Below are positions 27,987-37,768 of a stretch of DNA of 64,000 nucleotides, one piece after another. Made by a program: the position numbers and the translations under genes. The DNA lies in NCBI GenBank assembly GCA_963815095.1, contig CAWFFH010000004.1, positions 128,001 to 192,000 of the forward strand, given 5' to 3'. Under the pieces are notes generated by a model. The model did not search any database and was not told where the DNA came from. It saw only the letters and a list, made by a program, of their open reading frames with translations. This stretch comes from Candidatus Bathyarchaeota archaeon (GTDB lineage: Archaea; Thermoproteota; Bathyarchaeia; Bathyarchaeales; Bathycorpusculaceae). Each line of letters opens with the position of its first letter. Positions within the stretch are counted from its first letter, which is position 1.

Positions 27987-30900
27987 ATGAATTTGACTGC
28001 CCAAACCGAAGCCGATCAAAACCTGAGCTTACCGACAAACTATTCTCCGCTTCAATTGGAAGCTGAAATACGCGAATTCTGGACAAGAAACAACATTCGC
28101 AACAAACTGGAACTTAGCGAAAAAACCGCAAAAGGCTTTTTGGGTTACGTAGAAGGTCCGCCAACACTCAATGGCGTTCCACACATTGGACATGCTCGGG
28201 GACGCATCATGAAGGATATTCGGTACCGATGGAAAACCATGGAAGGTTACTATATGCCGTTTTGGGCAGGATGGGACTGCCAAGGTTTACCCGTAGAACT
28301 CGAAGTCGAAAAACTTTTGGGCGTAAGGAACAAGCGGGAATCCATAGAGAAATTTGGAATGGAACGCTTTATAGAAGAATGCAAAAAAGCCATCATGCGT
28401 TACCACCAAATGTGGCTTGAAGCGGACAGCCGACTGGGCATTGCAATTAATCAAGATAAAGCGTACTGGACCTACAAGGATAGCTACATCGAACGCGAAT
28501 GGTTCTATCTTAAACGGGCGTGGGAACAAAACCTCCTCGAAGAAGGCCACTACGTTGTGGCATACTGCCCAGGATGCCAAACCAGCCTAAGCAGCGCTGA
28601 AGTAGGTTATGAAGGCAGCTACAAAGAAGTTGAAGACCCATCCGTCTACTTTAAATTCAAAGTCACAGGAACACAAAACGAGTTCTTCCTAGTTTGGACA
28701 ACAATGCCTTTCACCATCATAACCGATACGATGCTTGCGGTGCAGCCAAAAGCCGAATACGTGAAAGTGAAGGTTGGCGAAGAAACCTGGATATTGATGC
28801 GACAACGAGTCGAACCAGTCATGGCAGAACTCGAAATCACAAATTACCATATTACAGATTCCATGATGGGTAAAAGTTTGGAAGGAACCCCATACGATTA
28901 CCCCTTAAAAGACATAATTCCCAAGCAGGCAGAACTCGAAACCAAACACCCATTGGTCCACAAAGTCATAGCAGAAGACTTTGTTGATGTAGAAACTGCC
29001 TCAGGCGTAGTGCATCTTTCGCCTGGCAACGGTGAGGACGATTTTTGGGCAGCATACCGGCGAGGTGTCCCAATCTTTGTTCCATTTGACGATGAAGTCA
29101 AATTCACAAACGACGCAGGCATCTTCACAGGCGTATTTGCTCGCGACGCAGATATGCTGGTGGTTGAGGAACTACGCAACCACAACGCATTCGTCAAATT
29201 CAAAAAAATAAAACACGAGTATCCAACCTGCTGGCGCAGCCACCACAAATTAGTATGGTTGGCACGCAAAGAGTACTTCTTACGAACCGACAAAATAAAC
29301 AGCAAAGTACTTGAAGCAGCAGAGAAAATCGCGTATTTCTTTGAAGAACCCAAAAACCGCTTCTTAGGCTTCCTAAAAGAAGGAAAACCATGGTGCATCA
29401 GCCGCGAACGCATCTGGGGCACACCTTTGCCATTGTGGACCTGCGAGAAATGCGGCAACAAACGCTTAATCGCAAGCAAAAAAGAATTAATCGAAAATGC
29501 CCAAGAAACGATTCCTGAAAACTTTGAGTTGCATAAGCCTTGGGTTGACCGAATTACGATTAAATGCGAAAAATGTAGCGGAACTATGCGTCGGGAAGAT
29601 TTTGTTTTAGACACTTGGCACAACAGCGGAGCCTCACCATACGCACGGTTCACTGATGAAGAGTTTGCAAAGTTTGTTCCGACGGATTTCTTGACTGAAG
29701 GCATCGACCAAACTCGGGGTTGGGCAAATTCACTGCTACTGGAATATATTATTTTGACGGGAAAACCCGTTGCGCCCTATAAGGCGTTCCTTTTCCAAGG
29801 CTTAACGCAAGACGCAAAGGGGAGAAAAATGAGCAAAAGCCTCGGAAATGTCGTTGAAACCAACAAGCTCCTTGAAAAGAACAGCGCGGACTTGTGCCGT
29901 TTTTACATGACACGTAAATGTTCACCCGTCGACTTCATGAGCTTTGACATGCAAGAACTAACCCGTCGACCCTACCAAGTCCTCTCTACACTCTACCACT
30001 TAAGCAGGTTTTTCTTGCAAAACGCTACGTTTGATGAGTTTAATCCCAAAGAATACACATTGGAGTGGGCTTTTGAGGCGGGTAAACTTCAACCAGCTGA
30101 CTTATGGCTTCTATCTAAGCTGCAGCAAAGAATTGAGGAATACACTAAAGATCTTGAAGGTTGCCAATTCAATACTGCGGTTGGGGTTTTGGATGATTTC
30201 GTTATTGAAACGCTCAGCAGGCTCTATGTACCTATGATTCGCAAGGAACTGTGGACGGATGAACCTGAGACTTTTGAGCGACGTCAGACAATCTACGCTC
30301 TGCTTCACCATGCGTTAAAAACCGTCACTTTGCTATTCAACCCAATTACACCGTACTTAAGCGAAGCGCTATTCCAAAAAATTTACAAACAACTAGAAAC
30401 GGACTTGCCTGAATCTGTTAATTTTGCAGCTTGGCCAACTCCAAACGAAAAAATGAGGAACAAACCTTTGGAAGAAGACTTTGACACTCTACTCAAAGTC
30501 GTTTCAATATCTCATGCTGCAAGAGGACAAGGAAAACTCAAGCGCCGCTGGCCCTTAGCCAAGACAATCGTGGTTGCACCAGAAAAAACGTTGCAAGCCA
30601 TCAAAACTCTCGAAGGTTTGCTTTTGGAACAAACAAACGTTAAAGCCGCTGAATATTCGGTGTCGGTTCCAGATTATGTTGGAGGCGAAAACTGGGTTTC
30701 CAGCCAGCAAGACGAAGTTACGGTGTTCCTTAGTGGGCAGCGCGACGATAAATTGCTCGGCGAAGGAATTATGCGCGATTTGGCAAGGCGTGTTCAAGCA
30801 TTGCGTAAAGAGATGGGATTTGTGCCAACAGAAACATTGGAGTCCGTACACATTGCCGAGTTGGATGCTGAGAGCATGGGATTCTTGGAGCCGTATTTGG

Positions 30901-31022
30901 AGGAGATGGCTGGGCTGGTCAGAGCAAGAAAAGTCTACTTGCATGCAAATCGCAGTGAAGTCGAAGCAGATTGGCATGAGTCAGAGCTAGACGGCAAAAA
31001 AATCCACATAAATATCCACTAG
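27987..31022 (+). CDS. ileS: Isoleucyl-tRNA synthetase
   Basis: GPP...PHIGH, GWDC.GLPVE, WCISRER.WG, DQTRGW, KMSKS. Confidence 0.96.
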   Translation: MNLTAQTEADQNLSLPTNYSPLQLEAEIREFWTRNNIRNKLELSEKTAKGFLGYVEGPPTLNGVPHIGHARGRIMKDIRYRWKTMEGYYMPFWAGWDCQGLPVELEVEKLLGVRNKRESIEKFGMERFIEECKKAIMRYHQMWLEADSRLGIAINQDKAYWTYKDSYIEREWFYLKRAWEQNLLEEGHYVVAYCPGCQTSLSSAEVGYEGSYKEVEDPSVYFKFKVTGTQNEFFLVWTTMPFTIITDTMLAVQPKAEYVKVKVGEETWILMRQRVEPVMAELEITNYHITDSMMGKSLEGTPYDYPLKDIIPKQAELETKHPLVHKVIAEDFVDVETASGVVHLSPGNGEDDFWAAYRRGVPIFVPFDDEVKFTNDAGIFTGVFARDADMLVVEELRNHNAFVKFKKIKHEYPTCWRSHHKLVWLARKEYFLRTDKINSKVLEAAEKIAYFFEEPKNRFLGFLKEGKPWCISRERIWGTPLPLWTCEKCGNKRLIASKKELIENAQETIPENFELHKPWVDRITIKCEKCSGTMRREDFVLDTWHNSGASPYARFTDEEFAKFVPTDFLTEGIDQTRGWANSLLLEYIILTGKPVAPYKAFLFQGLTQDAKGRKMSKSLGNVVETNKLLEKNSADLCRFYMTRKCSPVDFMSFDMQELTRRPYQVLSTLYHLSRFFLQNATFDEFNPKEYTLEWAFEAGKLQPADLWLLSKLQQRIEEYTKDLEGCQFNTAVGVLDDFVIETLSRLYVPMIRKELWTDEPETFERRQTIYALLHHALKTVTLLFNPITPYLSEALFQKIYKQLETDLPESVNFAAWPTPNEKMRNKPLEEDFDTLLKVVSISHAARGQGKLKRRWPLAKTIVVAPEKTLQAIKTLEGLLLEQTNVKAAEYSVSVPDYVGGENWVSSQQDEVTVFLSGQRDDKLLGEGIMRDLARRVQALRKEMGFVPTETLESVHIAELDAESMGFLEPYLEEMAGLVRARKVYLHANRSEVEADWHESELDGKKIHINIH

Positions 31023-31031
31023 GCGAAACCT

Positions 31032-31208
31032 ATGGCGGAAGAAACCAACAAGAACCACCTCTATAAATGCCCGCACTGTGCATGCATCTTTTTAACCCGA
31101 GCAGATCTTCAAAAACACATGAGCATTTTCAGCGATAAAAAAGAGCAACACGATTACACTTATAAAAAAACCCATGGCAGACTAGAACACGGATACAGCG
31201 AGGAATAG
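31032..31208 (+). CDS. Small C2H2-like zinc-finger protein (58 aa)
   Basis: MAEETNKNHLYKCPHCACIFLTRADLQKHM...; 9 nt after the ileS stop; not in the ORF track. Confidence 0.7.
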   Translation: MAEETNKNHLYKCPHCACIFLTRADLQKHMSIFSDKKEQHDYTYKKTHGRLEHGYSEE

Positions 31209-31314
31209 ACAAGGTTTTTTCAAACCCTTTAAAAAATAAGAATTATAAAGTATCAAACGTTTCCTGCTAACTTATATCTAAAAACCTGCCTAACAATAAG
31301 CCAGAAGTGTTCAC

Positions 31315-32502
31315 ATGGAAAGGTTTCGGTTAGCCATCTTCAACACCCAGCCTCCTCAATTGTACTTTGGGGGCGTGGAACGCCGCATAATGGAAACTGT
31401 TAAACGGCTGCAAACCGAAACGGATATCACCGTTTACAGCGGCACAAAGGGGGGTTTCAAAGAACCCACAATCATCAATGGTGTAAATTTTGTCCCATGT
31501 TATTCAACAGACAAAATCTTTCCTTTAGATAACTGGTTTTTTAATCGAAGTCTATCCAAAAAAGCCCGCACCATTGACGCCGATGTTTATGAAGCTCATG
31601 CAGTAAGCGGCTACGGGTTCCCTAAAACGATCGAGAAACAAGATGTAAAGAAACCGTTCATTCATACGATTCATGGCGTGCTAGCCGACGAGTATGAACA
31701 AGCAAAACAAAATGGTTACCCCTCAACCAAGAGCAGGCTTGCAAATGTCTTCATGCATCGACTTGCTAAATTGGAAGAGAAAACAGCACAAAACGCAACT
31801 TTAGTCGTGACTATAAGCAATTATTCACTAGAAAAAATTCAGAAACATTATGGCATTGAAGCGTCCAAGGTTCGGATTGTTCCCAACGGTGTTGATGTAG
31901 AAAAATTCAAGCCAATGGAAGTCAAAAATGCGAGGCAGCAATTTGGTTTAGGCAATGAGCCTTGTGTGCTTTTTGTGGGCAGTCTGATTCCTCGGAAGGG
32001 GCTGTCTTTTTTGGTTGAAGCAGCAAAAAAAATAGTCAAAGAAAAAGCCGAGACCAAGTTTTTAATTGCTGGTGAAGGACCTCTGAAAAACCAGTTGAAG
32101 GGTTCTCTTCAAAGCGCTGGTCTTTTAGGTAACTTTAAGTTTTTGGGTAATCTCAGAGACGACGCTCTTGCAGCTGTGTACAATTGCGCTGATGTGTTTG
32201 TTTTGCCTTCTATTCAGGAAGGGCAGGGAATCGTGTTGCTCGAAGCGCAGGCGTCAGGTAAGCCCGTTGTAGCTTTTGATTTAGGTGGAATCAACGAAGC
32301 TATTCTCAGGGGCGAAACAGGTTTGCTTGTAAAGCGGGGCAGCAATGAGGAGTTGGCGGATGCGTTGCTTCGCCTTCTTTCAGACGAGCCTTTGAGAGAA
32401 AAGATGGGTGCTAACGGTCGGGGGTTTGTTACTCAGAACTTTACATGGGATATTTGTGCTCAAAAGATGCTTAGAGTTTATCGTGAAGCGTTAACTGACT
32501 GA
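31315..32502 (+). CDS. Glycosyltransferase family 4
   Basis: GGVE, PNGVD, RKG, EGQGIVLLEA. Confidence 0.92.
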   Translation: MERFRLAIFNTQPPQLYFGGVERRIMETVKRLQTETDITVYSGTKGGFKEPTIINGVNFVPCYSTDKIFPLDNWFFNRSLSKKARTIDADVYEAHAVSGYGFPKTIEKQDVKKPFIHTIHGVLADEYEQAKQNGYPSTKSRLANVFMHRLAKLEEKTAQNATLVVTISNYSLEKIQKHYGIEASKVRIVPNGVDVEKFKPMEVKNARQQFGLGNEPCVLFVGSLIPRKGLSFLVEAAKKIVKEKAETKFLIAGEGPLKNQLKGSLQSAGLLGNFKFLGNLRDDALAAVYNCADVFVLPSIQEGQGIVLLEAQASGKPVVAFDLGGINEAILRGETGLLVKRGSNEELADALLRLLSDEPLREKMGANGRGFVTQNFTWDICAQKMLRVYREALTD

Positions 32503-33018
32503 GACTTTGACTGATTTTGCCAATCGCTTAAAATCGTCTTCATCCATCCACTCAGTCCAAAGGTAACATCGAATTCGTTCCTCGCTTAACCCCAACCGAC
32601 GTGCCTCTTGAACAGCATAACGATAAGCTTCAATTTCAGTAGGTCTATCAACGTAGTCATAGCGAGGGTCAAAGAGCTCTTTGCCCTCCATAAACTGCTT
32701 CACGTGATACAATTCATGGATTAAATCAAGGTAAATCTCTGTTTTGTCGCCAGTGTTCAAGTAACTTTTACTTATAACAAGATGTCCGTCAGAGCCATCG
32801 ACATACATGTAGCCCATAATCCAGCTGAGCTCCACTTTGAGGTGACTTAGAACTTCATCGGTTTTTTCGCCAAAAATGCCTTTGACAGCATCAACTTTTT
32901 CCAAATTCTTAAAGTATTCTTTGAAAATTACCTTCTGGTTTCCAACCCCAAGAATATTAAAAGGTAGTTTTCTAAACAAACGCAAGATTCTAAATATCGA
33001 GTACTCTATAGCCGTCAA
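32491..33018 (-). CDS. Hypothetical HExxH (zincin-like) protein
   Basis: IHELYHVKQ...EIEAY. Confidence 0.7.
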   Translation of the reverse strand: MTAIEYSIFRILRLFRKLPFNILGVGNQKVIFKEYFKNLEKVDAVKGIFGEKTDEVLSHLKVELSWIMGYMYVDGSDGHLVISKSYLNTGDKTEIYLDLIHELYHVKQFMEGKELFDPRYDYVDRPTEIEAYRYAVQEARRLGLSEERIRCYLWTEWMDEDDFKRLAKSVKVSVS

Positions 33019-33033
33019 ATTGAATATCTGCTC

Positions 33034-34395
33034 CTATTTGAAATCGGAAAGGTACTCAAGCTTCATTCCCCGACGACCTAAATCATCCATTTCCTCAACG
33101 CTGCCGATGCTGGCGTCCACGTTACGGTGGATTGGATGACTCCACAAGCCTTCGGGAGCGAGATTAAACTGCAAGGGTATCCTCACGTTAAGATGGTACT
33201 TCTGATTTAATTCCTTAAGTAATTTGCTCTCCCTACAGGCGGTGCGGGCGTTAGCGTAGCTTTGCAGTAGCTGTGAAGCACCCCATGCACCAACACCATG
33301 CCACATCGTCGCATCTTCAGGTGAAGCCATGGAGTAGAGGAAAAACTGCGGCGAAGAAGGCGTCTCCGCGTAACTGTAATCTGACAGTTTTTCGCCGGCC
33401 ACCGTGAATTTGTCGTCGCATACGGCGACGGCTATATCTTGGGGGTCCATTGCATTTGGGTAAAGCGCAGTAGTCTTGTATGTTACTGTGGCATCAAGGA
33501 ATTTTCCGTTTTCAAAATGCAATTTACCCCTTGCCGCCCGTTTGGAGCCATAGCCATTTTTTGAATGGGGTATAGTTAAGAGGGTAGTGCGTTTAGTCAT
33601 ACTGCGGCCCATGCAGGTGTAAGCTGACTCAACTGATGCGTAATCATGGTTGCTTTCGCTTATGATGTAGTGGAGTAAACCATCCTTATTCTCTACCTTT
33701 AGCGTGGATAAGGGCATACGCAATGAATACAACGATAAATCCATGCCGAAAAACGTCGACAGTTCAATGATTTGAGTGTATTTTATTGAATCCGAGAAGT
33801 CAAGATAGTTGCCATTACTCTCTTTTAGTGCATCTGTAATCAGTTCACATTCCTTTTTGGAAATCATGCTGCCATCATACTTTTTAGCATATGCTTCATC
33901 AATTTTAAGCCCATCAGTTGTGACGTTGACTGCTGGAAACGCGCTTTGGCCGCTATCCACTATAGATTGCTTGAGTGGATTCATAGAATACCTGTCTGCT
34001 TCCACGTCATCAGTGTTTAGCAGAAAGGGTACGATGTAGCCGCGTGTGGGCTTCTTTAACAACTCCATCAGCGCCGTTACGTCGTCGGCGGTTGGTTCTT
34101 GCAGACCCCGCTCAAGGTAATAGTTAGCGCATGTCTCAAGCAACCGAGTTCCAATGATGCCTTGCACCTCTTCCACGGTCAACTGCGGATTCGTATACTC
34201 AACAGAGCTACGTAGGTAAAATCGTTCATCCGCAAAGGGCACTGACATTTTCTTGCCGTTATTATATTGGAAAAGCGTTACTTTGCGGTTCGGTGTTTTT
34301 TCCTTTGCTGCAGCGACGCCTTCCAGTAGCACCTTAACTGTTGAAAAAGAGGTCTTCAAAAAGTCCTCTAGTAGTACCTTACAATAATTAACCAT
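33034..34395 (-). CDS. Hypothetical protein (453 aa)
   Basis: Long ORF in an apparent operon with the GNAT and HExxH genes; family not recognised. Confidence 0.8.
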   Translation of the reverse strand: MVNYCKVLLEDFLKTSFSTVKVLLEGVAAAKEKTPNRKVTLFQYNNGKKMSVPFADERFYLRSSVEYTNPQLTVEEVQGIIGTRLLETCANYYLERGLQEPTADDVTALMELLKKPTRGYIVPFLLNTDDVEADRYSMNPLKQSIVDSGQSAFPAVNVTTDGLKIDEAYAKKYDGSMISKKECELITDALKESNGNYLDFSDSIKYTQIIELSTFFGMDLSLYSLRMPLSTLKVENKDGLLHYIISESNHDYASVESAYTCMGRSMTKRTTLLTIPHSKNGYGSKRAARGKLHFENGKFLDATVTYKTTALYPNAMDPQDIAVAVCDDKFTVAGEKLSDYSYAETPSSPQFFLYSMASPEDATMWHGVGAWGASQLLQSYANARTACRESKLLKELNQKYHLNVRIPLQFNLAPEGLWSHPIHRNVDASIGSVEEMDDLGRRGMKLEYLSDFK

Positions 34396-34398
34396 AAA

Positions 34399-35238
34399 TT
34401 ATCCTCTTTCTAAAGATTCAGCCAAGTATATACAATTTTTCGAGACATTTGGCCCAAAGAACATTCGCACAACGGAAAAATCTTCCTTAAAACCTGCGGC
34501 AGAAAGAGTGACCGCTAGGGCAGTTTCTTTTTTTGGTAGCGCAACGTAAACGCTCCTGCCAGTTAATTTTGTAAGAACCGCTTTTAGCAACGAGACCGCA
34601 GCTTCAATATTATTCTCTTGGCAGGTTAAGGGTCCAACCCAAGCCATCGTCTCATAGACCGTAGCTGCCACATACCCAACAATGTTGTTCCCATTAGACT
34701 TGTAATAGCTCAAGTTACCTTCTTCGAGGATGATGGATTCGAGCAGTTTTTTTCTCTCGCCGCCGAAACATCGGCAGTCAAACTTTTCTATTTGTTGGAT
34801 ATTTTGGGTCTCGACTTTCGGCAAAGCTTCAGCTGACACCGAGCTAAGTTTAGGCGTATGCATTAAAGAAAAATCCTCATCAACCCGGAAACCCAAGTTG
34901 CCGTAGAATCGAGTGAGGTTAGGATAAGCGTACAACCCAATGGTTTCAACTCTCTTGCTGCGTAAATAGTTGATGGCATGTTTCACAAGAAGACTTCCCG
35001 CACCGTTGCCGCGGTATTCTTTTTTTACAATAAGGTTGCCAAACCAGCCTACTTTGCGATAATTGATGCATGTAGCAATACCTATAGGTGTTGAATCGTC
35101 AAAAAGAACCAAGCAGCCTTCTGGTTCAAGTTGAGCCATGAATTGGAAATCTTCTCGGGCCATGCTCCAATCCATAGTGTTGGCTAATTCGGTGGCGAAA
35201 AAAAAGTCTTCAGAGCGCATTTGTTTTACTTGGAGCAT
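34399..35238 (-). CDS. GNAT-family acetyltransferase (tandem GNAT)
   Basis: V.KEYRGNGAGS.L acetyl-CoA motif; FY.NLGF. Confidence 0.88.
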   Translation of the reverse strand: MLQVKQMRSEDFFFATELANTMDWSMAREDFQFMAQLEPEGCLVLFDDSTPIGIATCINYRKVGWFGNLIVKKEYRGNGAGSLLVKHAINYLRSKRVETIGLYAYPNLTRFYGNLGFRVDEDFSLMHTPKLSSVSAEALPKVETQNIQQIEKFDCRCFGGERKKLLESIILEEGNLSYYKSNGNNIVGYVAATVYETMAWVGPLTCQENNIEAAVSLLKAVLTKLTGRSVYVALPKKETALAVTLSAAGFKEDFSVVRMFFGPNVSKNCIYLAESLERG

Positions 35239-35373
35239 ACATGTTAAGGTGAAGGTAGGTCTTACAATTAAGTTTGCTTATTCAGAAGGCAACAACAAAA
35301 CCTTTATTTTCCAAGTTAACTCAAATAGAATGATAATTTTAGTCAACATAATTGCTTTGATGTTTAACGAAGG

Positions 35374-36165
35374 GTGAACAAATTAGTGGTTAAAACAATA
35401 GGAAAATTTAGAAGACGTATTATCGTTCTATCGGTAATCTGGTTAGTGTTACTGCTAGCCACCTTGCTCTTCTTATCTTCCCTTGCCGCCCTATTTAGCA
35501 GTAACCCTGAAGGCCGAACCCTTGGAAGCCTAAGTTGGGCTGGATATATTGTTTCTCAAGACTTTAATTCTCCATTCGGAGTCACGGCTATTGAAGCGTC
35601 TTGGATGGTGCCGCAGCTAAATGTTTCAGCTGAGGACGGTTACTCTTCGGTATGGATTGGAATTGGAGGTCAGAGAGAGAAAAGTTTAATTCAAGTTGGT
35701 ACAGAACAGGATTTATCAAATGGACAGGAAACCTACAATGCTTGGTATGAACTGCTTCCTGACTATTCAGTAGCAATAAACGGGTTAACAATCAGTCCTG
35801 GAGACACCATTGTTGCCTCGCTAACTTTGACTAATGCTAAGGCAAATATTTGGAATATTGAGTTAAGCGACTCAACAAACGGACAAACTTTCATTATAGG
35901 TGTCAGTTACAATTCGTCACTAACTTCAGGCGAGTGGATATTAGAAAGACCAAGTGTAAACAACCAAATTAGCAACCTGAGTGATTTTGGGAACGTTCCT
36001 TTCAGCAACTGTCGGGTAACAGTGAACAATGTTCAAGGCTCAATTGACAACTTTATATATTCTAAAATTCAGATGACAAATCAACTGAGTACGTCTTTAG
36101 CTTCCGTTTCAACGCTCACCTCAAAAGGATCTGGTTTCATAGTTAATTATTTAGCCAACAGCTAA
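35374..36165 (+). CDS. G1 family glutamic endopeptidase, membrane-anchored or secreted
   Basis: WAGY, W.GIGG, LIQVGT, AWYELLP, EWILERP. Confidence 0.85.
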   Translation: MNKLVVKTIGKFRRRIIVLSVIWLVLLLATLLFLSSLAALFSSNPEGRTLGSLSWAGYIVSQDFNSPFGVTAIEASWMVPQLNVSAEDGYSSVWIGIGGQREKSLIQVGTEQDLSNGQETYNAWYELLPDYSVAINGLTISPGDTIVASLTLTNAKANIWNIELSDSTNGQTFIIGVSYNSSLTSGEWILERPSVNNQISNLSDFGNVPFSNCRVTVNNVQGSIDNFIYSKIQMTNQLSTSLASVSTLTSKGSGFIVNYLANS

Positions 36166-36484
36166 AAAATAAGCTACCTGCCAGAAGATGTAATCTCAGA
36201 ATTATCCTGTTATTTCTTTATTGATCTTGAGAGCAATTTTATCCTGTCTTTAGTTTGCACTTTTTCATACTGTTTAGGTTCTCGAATTTGGGAAAGCCGT
36301 CATTAATAACTGCCTAAAGTCGGATTTACCTTTTTTTAGTTTTTCTTTTTGTTAAAAGTTATGATCCAATAATTCCTTGGGATACATAACATACCTTTGT
36401 TGTTGTATGGTAGCAGTCACATCATTTCTTATCTTTCAAGATACTATACAATGTATTGTGACACAATACTTCAGGTGTTTTGAT

Positions 36485-37024
36485 ATGATTTGGAAACATC
36501 TAAAAAAACAACTAAACAAAAATAATGAACGACTAAAAAAACTAAAAACCTCATGCTTTATCCCAGCCCACAATCATGTCAAAAGAAAGACAATACTCGC
36601 CGCAATATGCATCTTAACCTTAATAGCGCTAATTGCCTCCATCGCGGATTTCGGTTCAATCAAAAGCGTGGTCAAAGCAGATTCTGTTATTGGAATAGGC
36701 GTTGGGGTTTACTGGGATAAGGATTGCTCAAATGCTACCAATTCCCTTAGTTGGGGGTCAATTGATCCAAATTCAAACAATAATTTAACTGTATATATGC
36801 GAAATGAAGGCAATTCAGCAGTTACACTAAAATTAAGTGCCTCAAACTGGATCCCATCAAATACATCAAGTTACATATCCCTCAATTGGAATTACACTGG
36901 ACAAGTCCTAAAAACAAATGAAGTAGTACCAATAAAATTAACACTAACGGTTAGCCCCGCAATATATGATATAATTGATTTTAGCCTTCAAACGACTATA
37001 ACATCAGTAAGCGAACAAAGTTAA
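36485..37024 (+). CDS. Membrane-anchored hypothetical protein with Ig-like beta domain
   Basis: TM helix followed by GVYWD..C, LSWG, RNEGN; start uncertain. Confidence 0.65.
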   Translation: MIWKHLKKQLNKNNERLKKLKTSCFIPAHNHVKRKTILAAICILTLIALIASIADFGSIKSVVKADSVIGIGVGVYWDKDCSNATNSLSWGSIDPNSNNNLTVYMRNEGNSAVTLKLSASNWIPSNTSSYISLNWNYTGQVLKTNEVVPIKLTLTVSPAIYDIIDFSLQTTITSVSEQS

Positions 37025-37263
37025 ACTGGATAAATTCGATTTTTATTGAGAAAAAGACTACGAATAAAGTTCAAAACAAAGCCAATAATCATAAAACCTA
37101 AAATGTAAAAAAAGGAAATTGCATTAATCAATAGGTTTCTTTTCTCTGAGAATATTTCAAAACGTCTAACCAAGTTAATTGTTCGACTAATGTGGCTCTA
37201 TAATTAAAATTAACAAAGCTTATATTAAGAGTTAAGTAACAATAGATGTGCAGGTGACGACTA

Positions 37264-37473
37264 ATGGTCAACAGAGGAAAACCAAACAAATTCAAAGTAA
37301 TTCTATTGGCACCAATCTGCGCAATTGTTTTCCTTGTCGGTTGGGTTCTTTATTGGATAGGGCAGTCAAACACAAAGCAACAACAAAAAACAATAAACAA
37401 AATGCAGGCAAAGCAAGATCGTGCCGAGTTAATCATGATTCCACTGGAAGAAAACAAACCCATAACAAACTAA
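37264..37473 (+). CDS. Small membrane protein
   Basis: AGGTGA SD; one TM helix. Confidence 0.65.
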   Translation: MVNRGKPNKFKVILLAPICAIVFLVGWVLYWIGQSNTKQQQKTINKMQAKQDRAELIMIPLEENKPITN

Positions 37474-37768
37474 ACCACAAACCTTTGATTTGTCCATTAT
37501 TTCTTTAACATTGGGCATATTCACCTATGCACCAAACTTAATTTCAAATGGTCCATAATGCAGGGTGAATATCGTCTTTTTCGACTTTGTATGTGAAAAT
37601 CATTTCACTATAGAGCGAGTTATAGAGTCTTCTAAATCGTTTAAACAGCCGAAAAGACCACTAATGGGTCTCTAGGCTAAAAAAAAACCAAGTGAGTACG
37701 CTTGTTGCCAAAAATTGAGATAAAAATGAAACAATAAAAAAGAAAAAAGTTTGAATTATAGTTTAGGT

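Noticed and set aside
28029-30990. Long antisense or alternative-frame ORFs within ileS (likewise in fwdA/C, dnaK, alaS and the kinase)
   Set aside because: Shadows of well-supported genes, with no motifs of their own.
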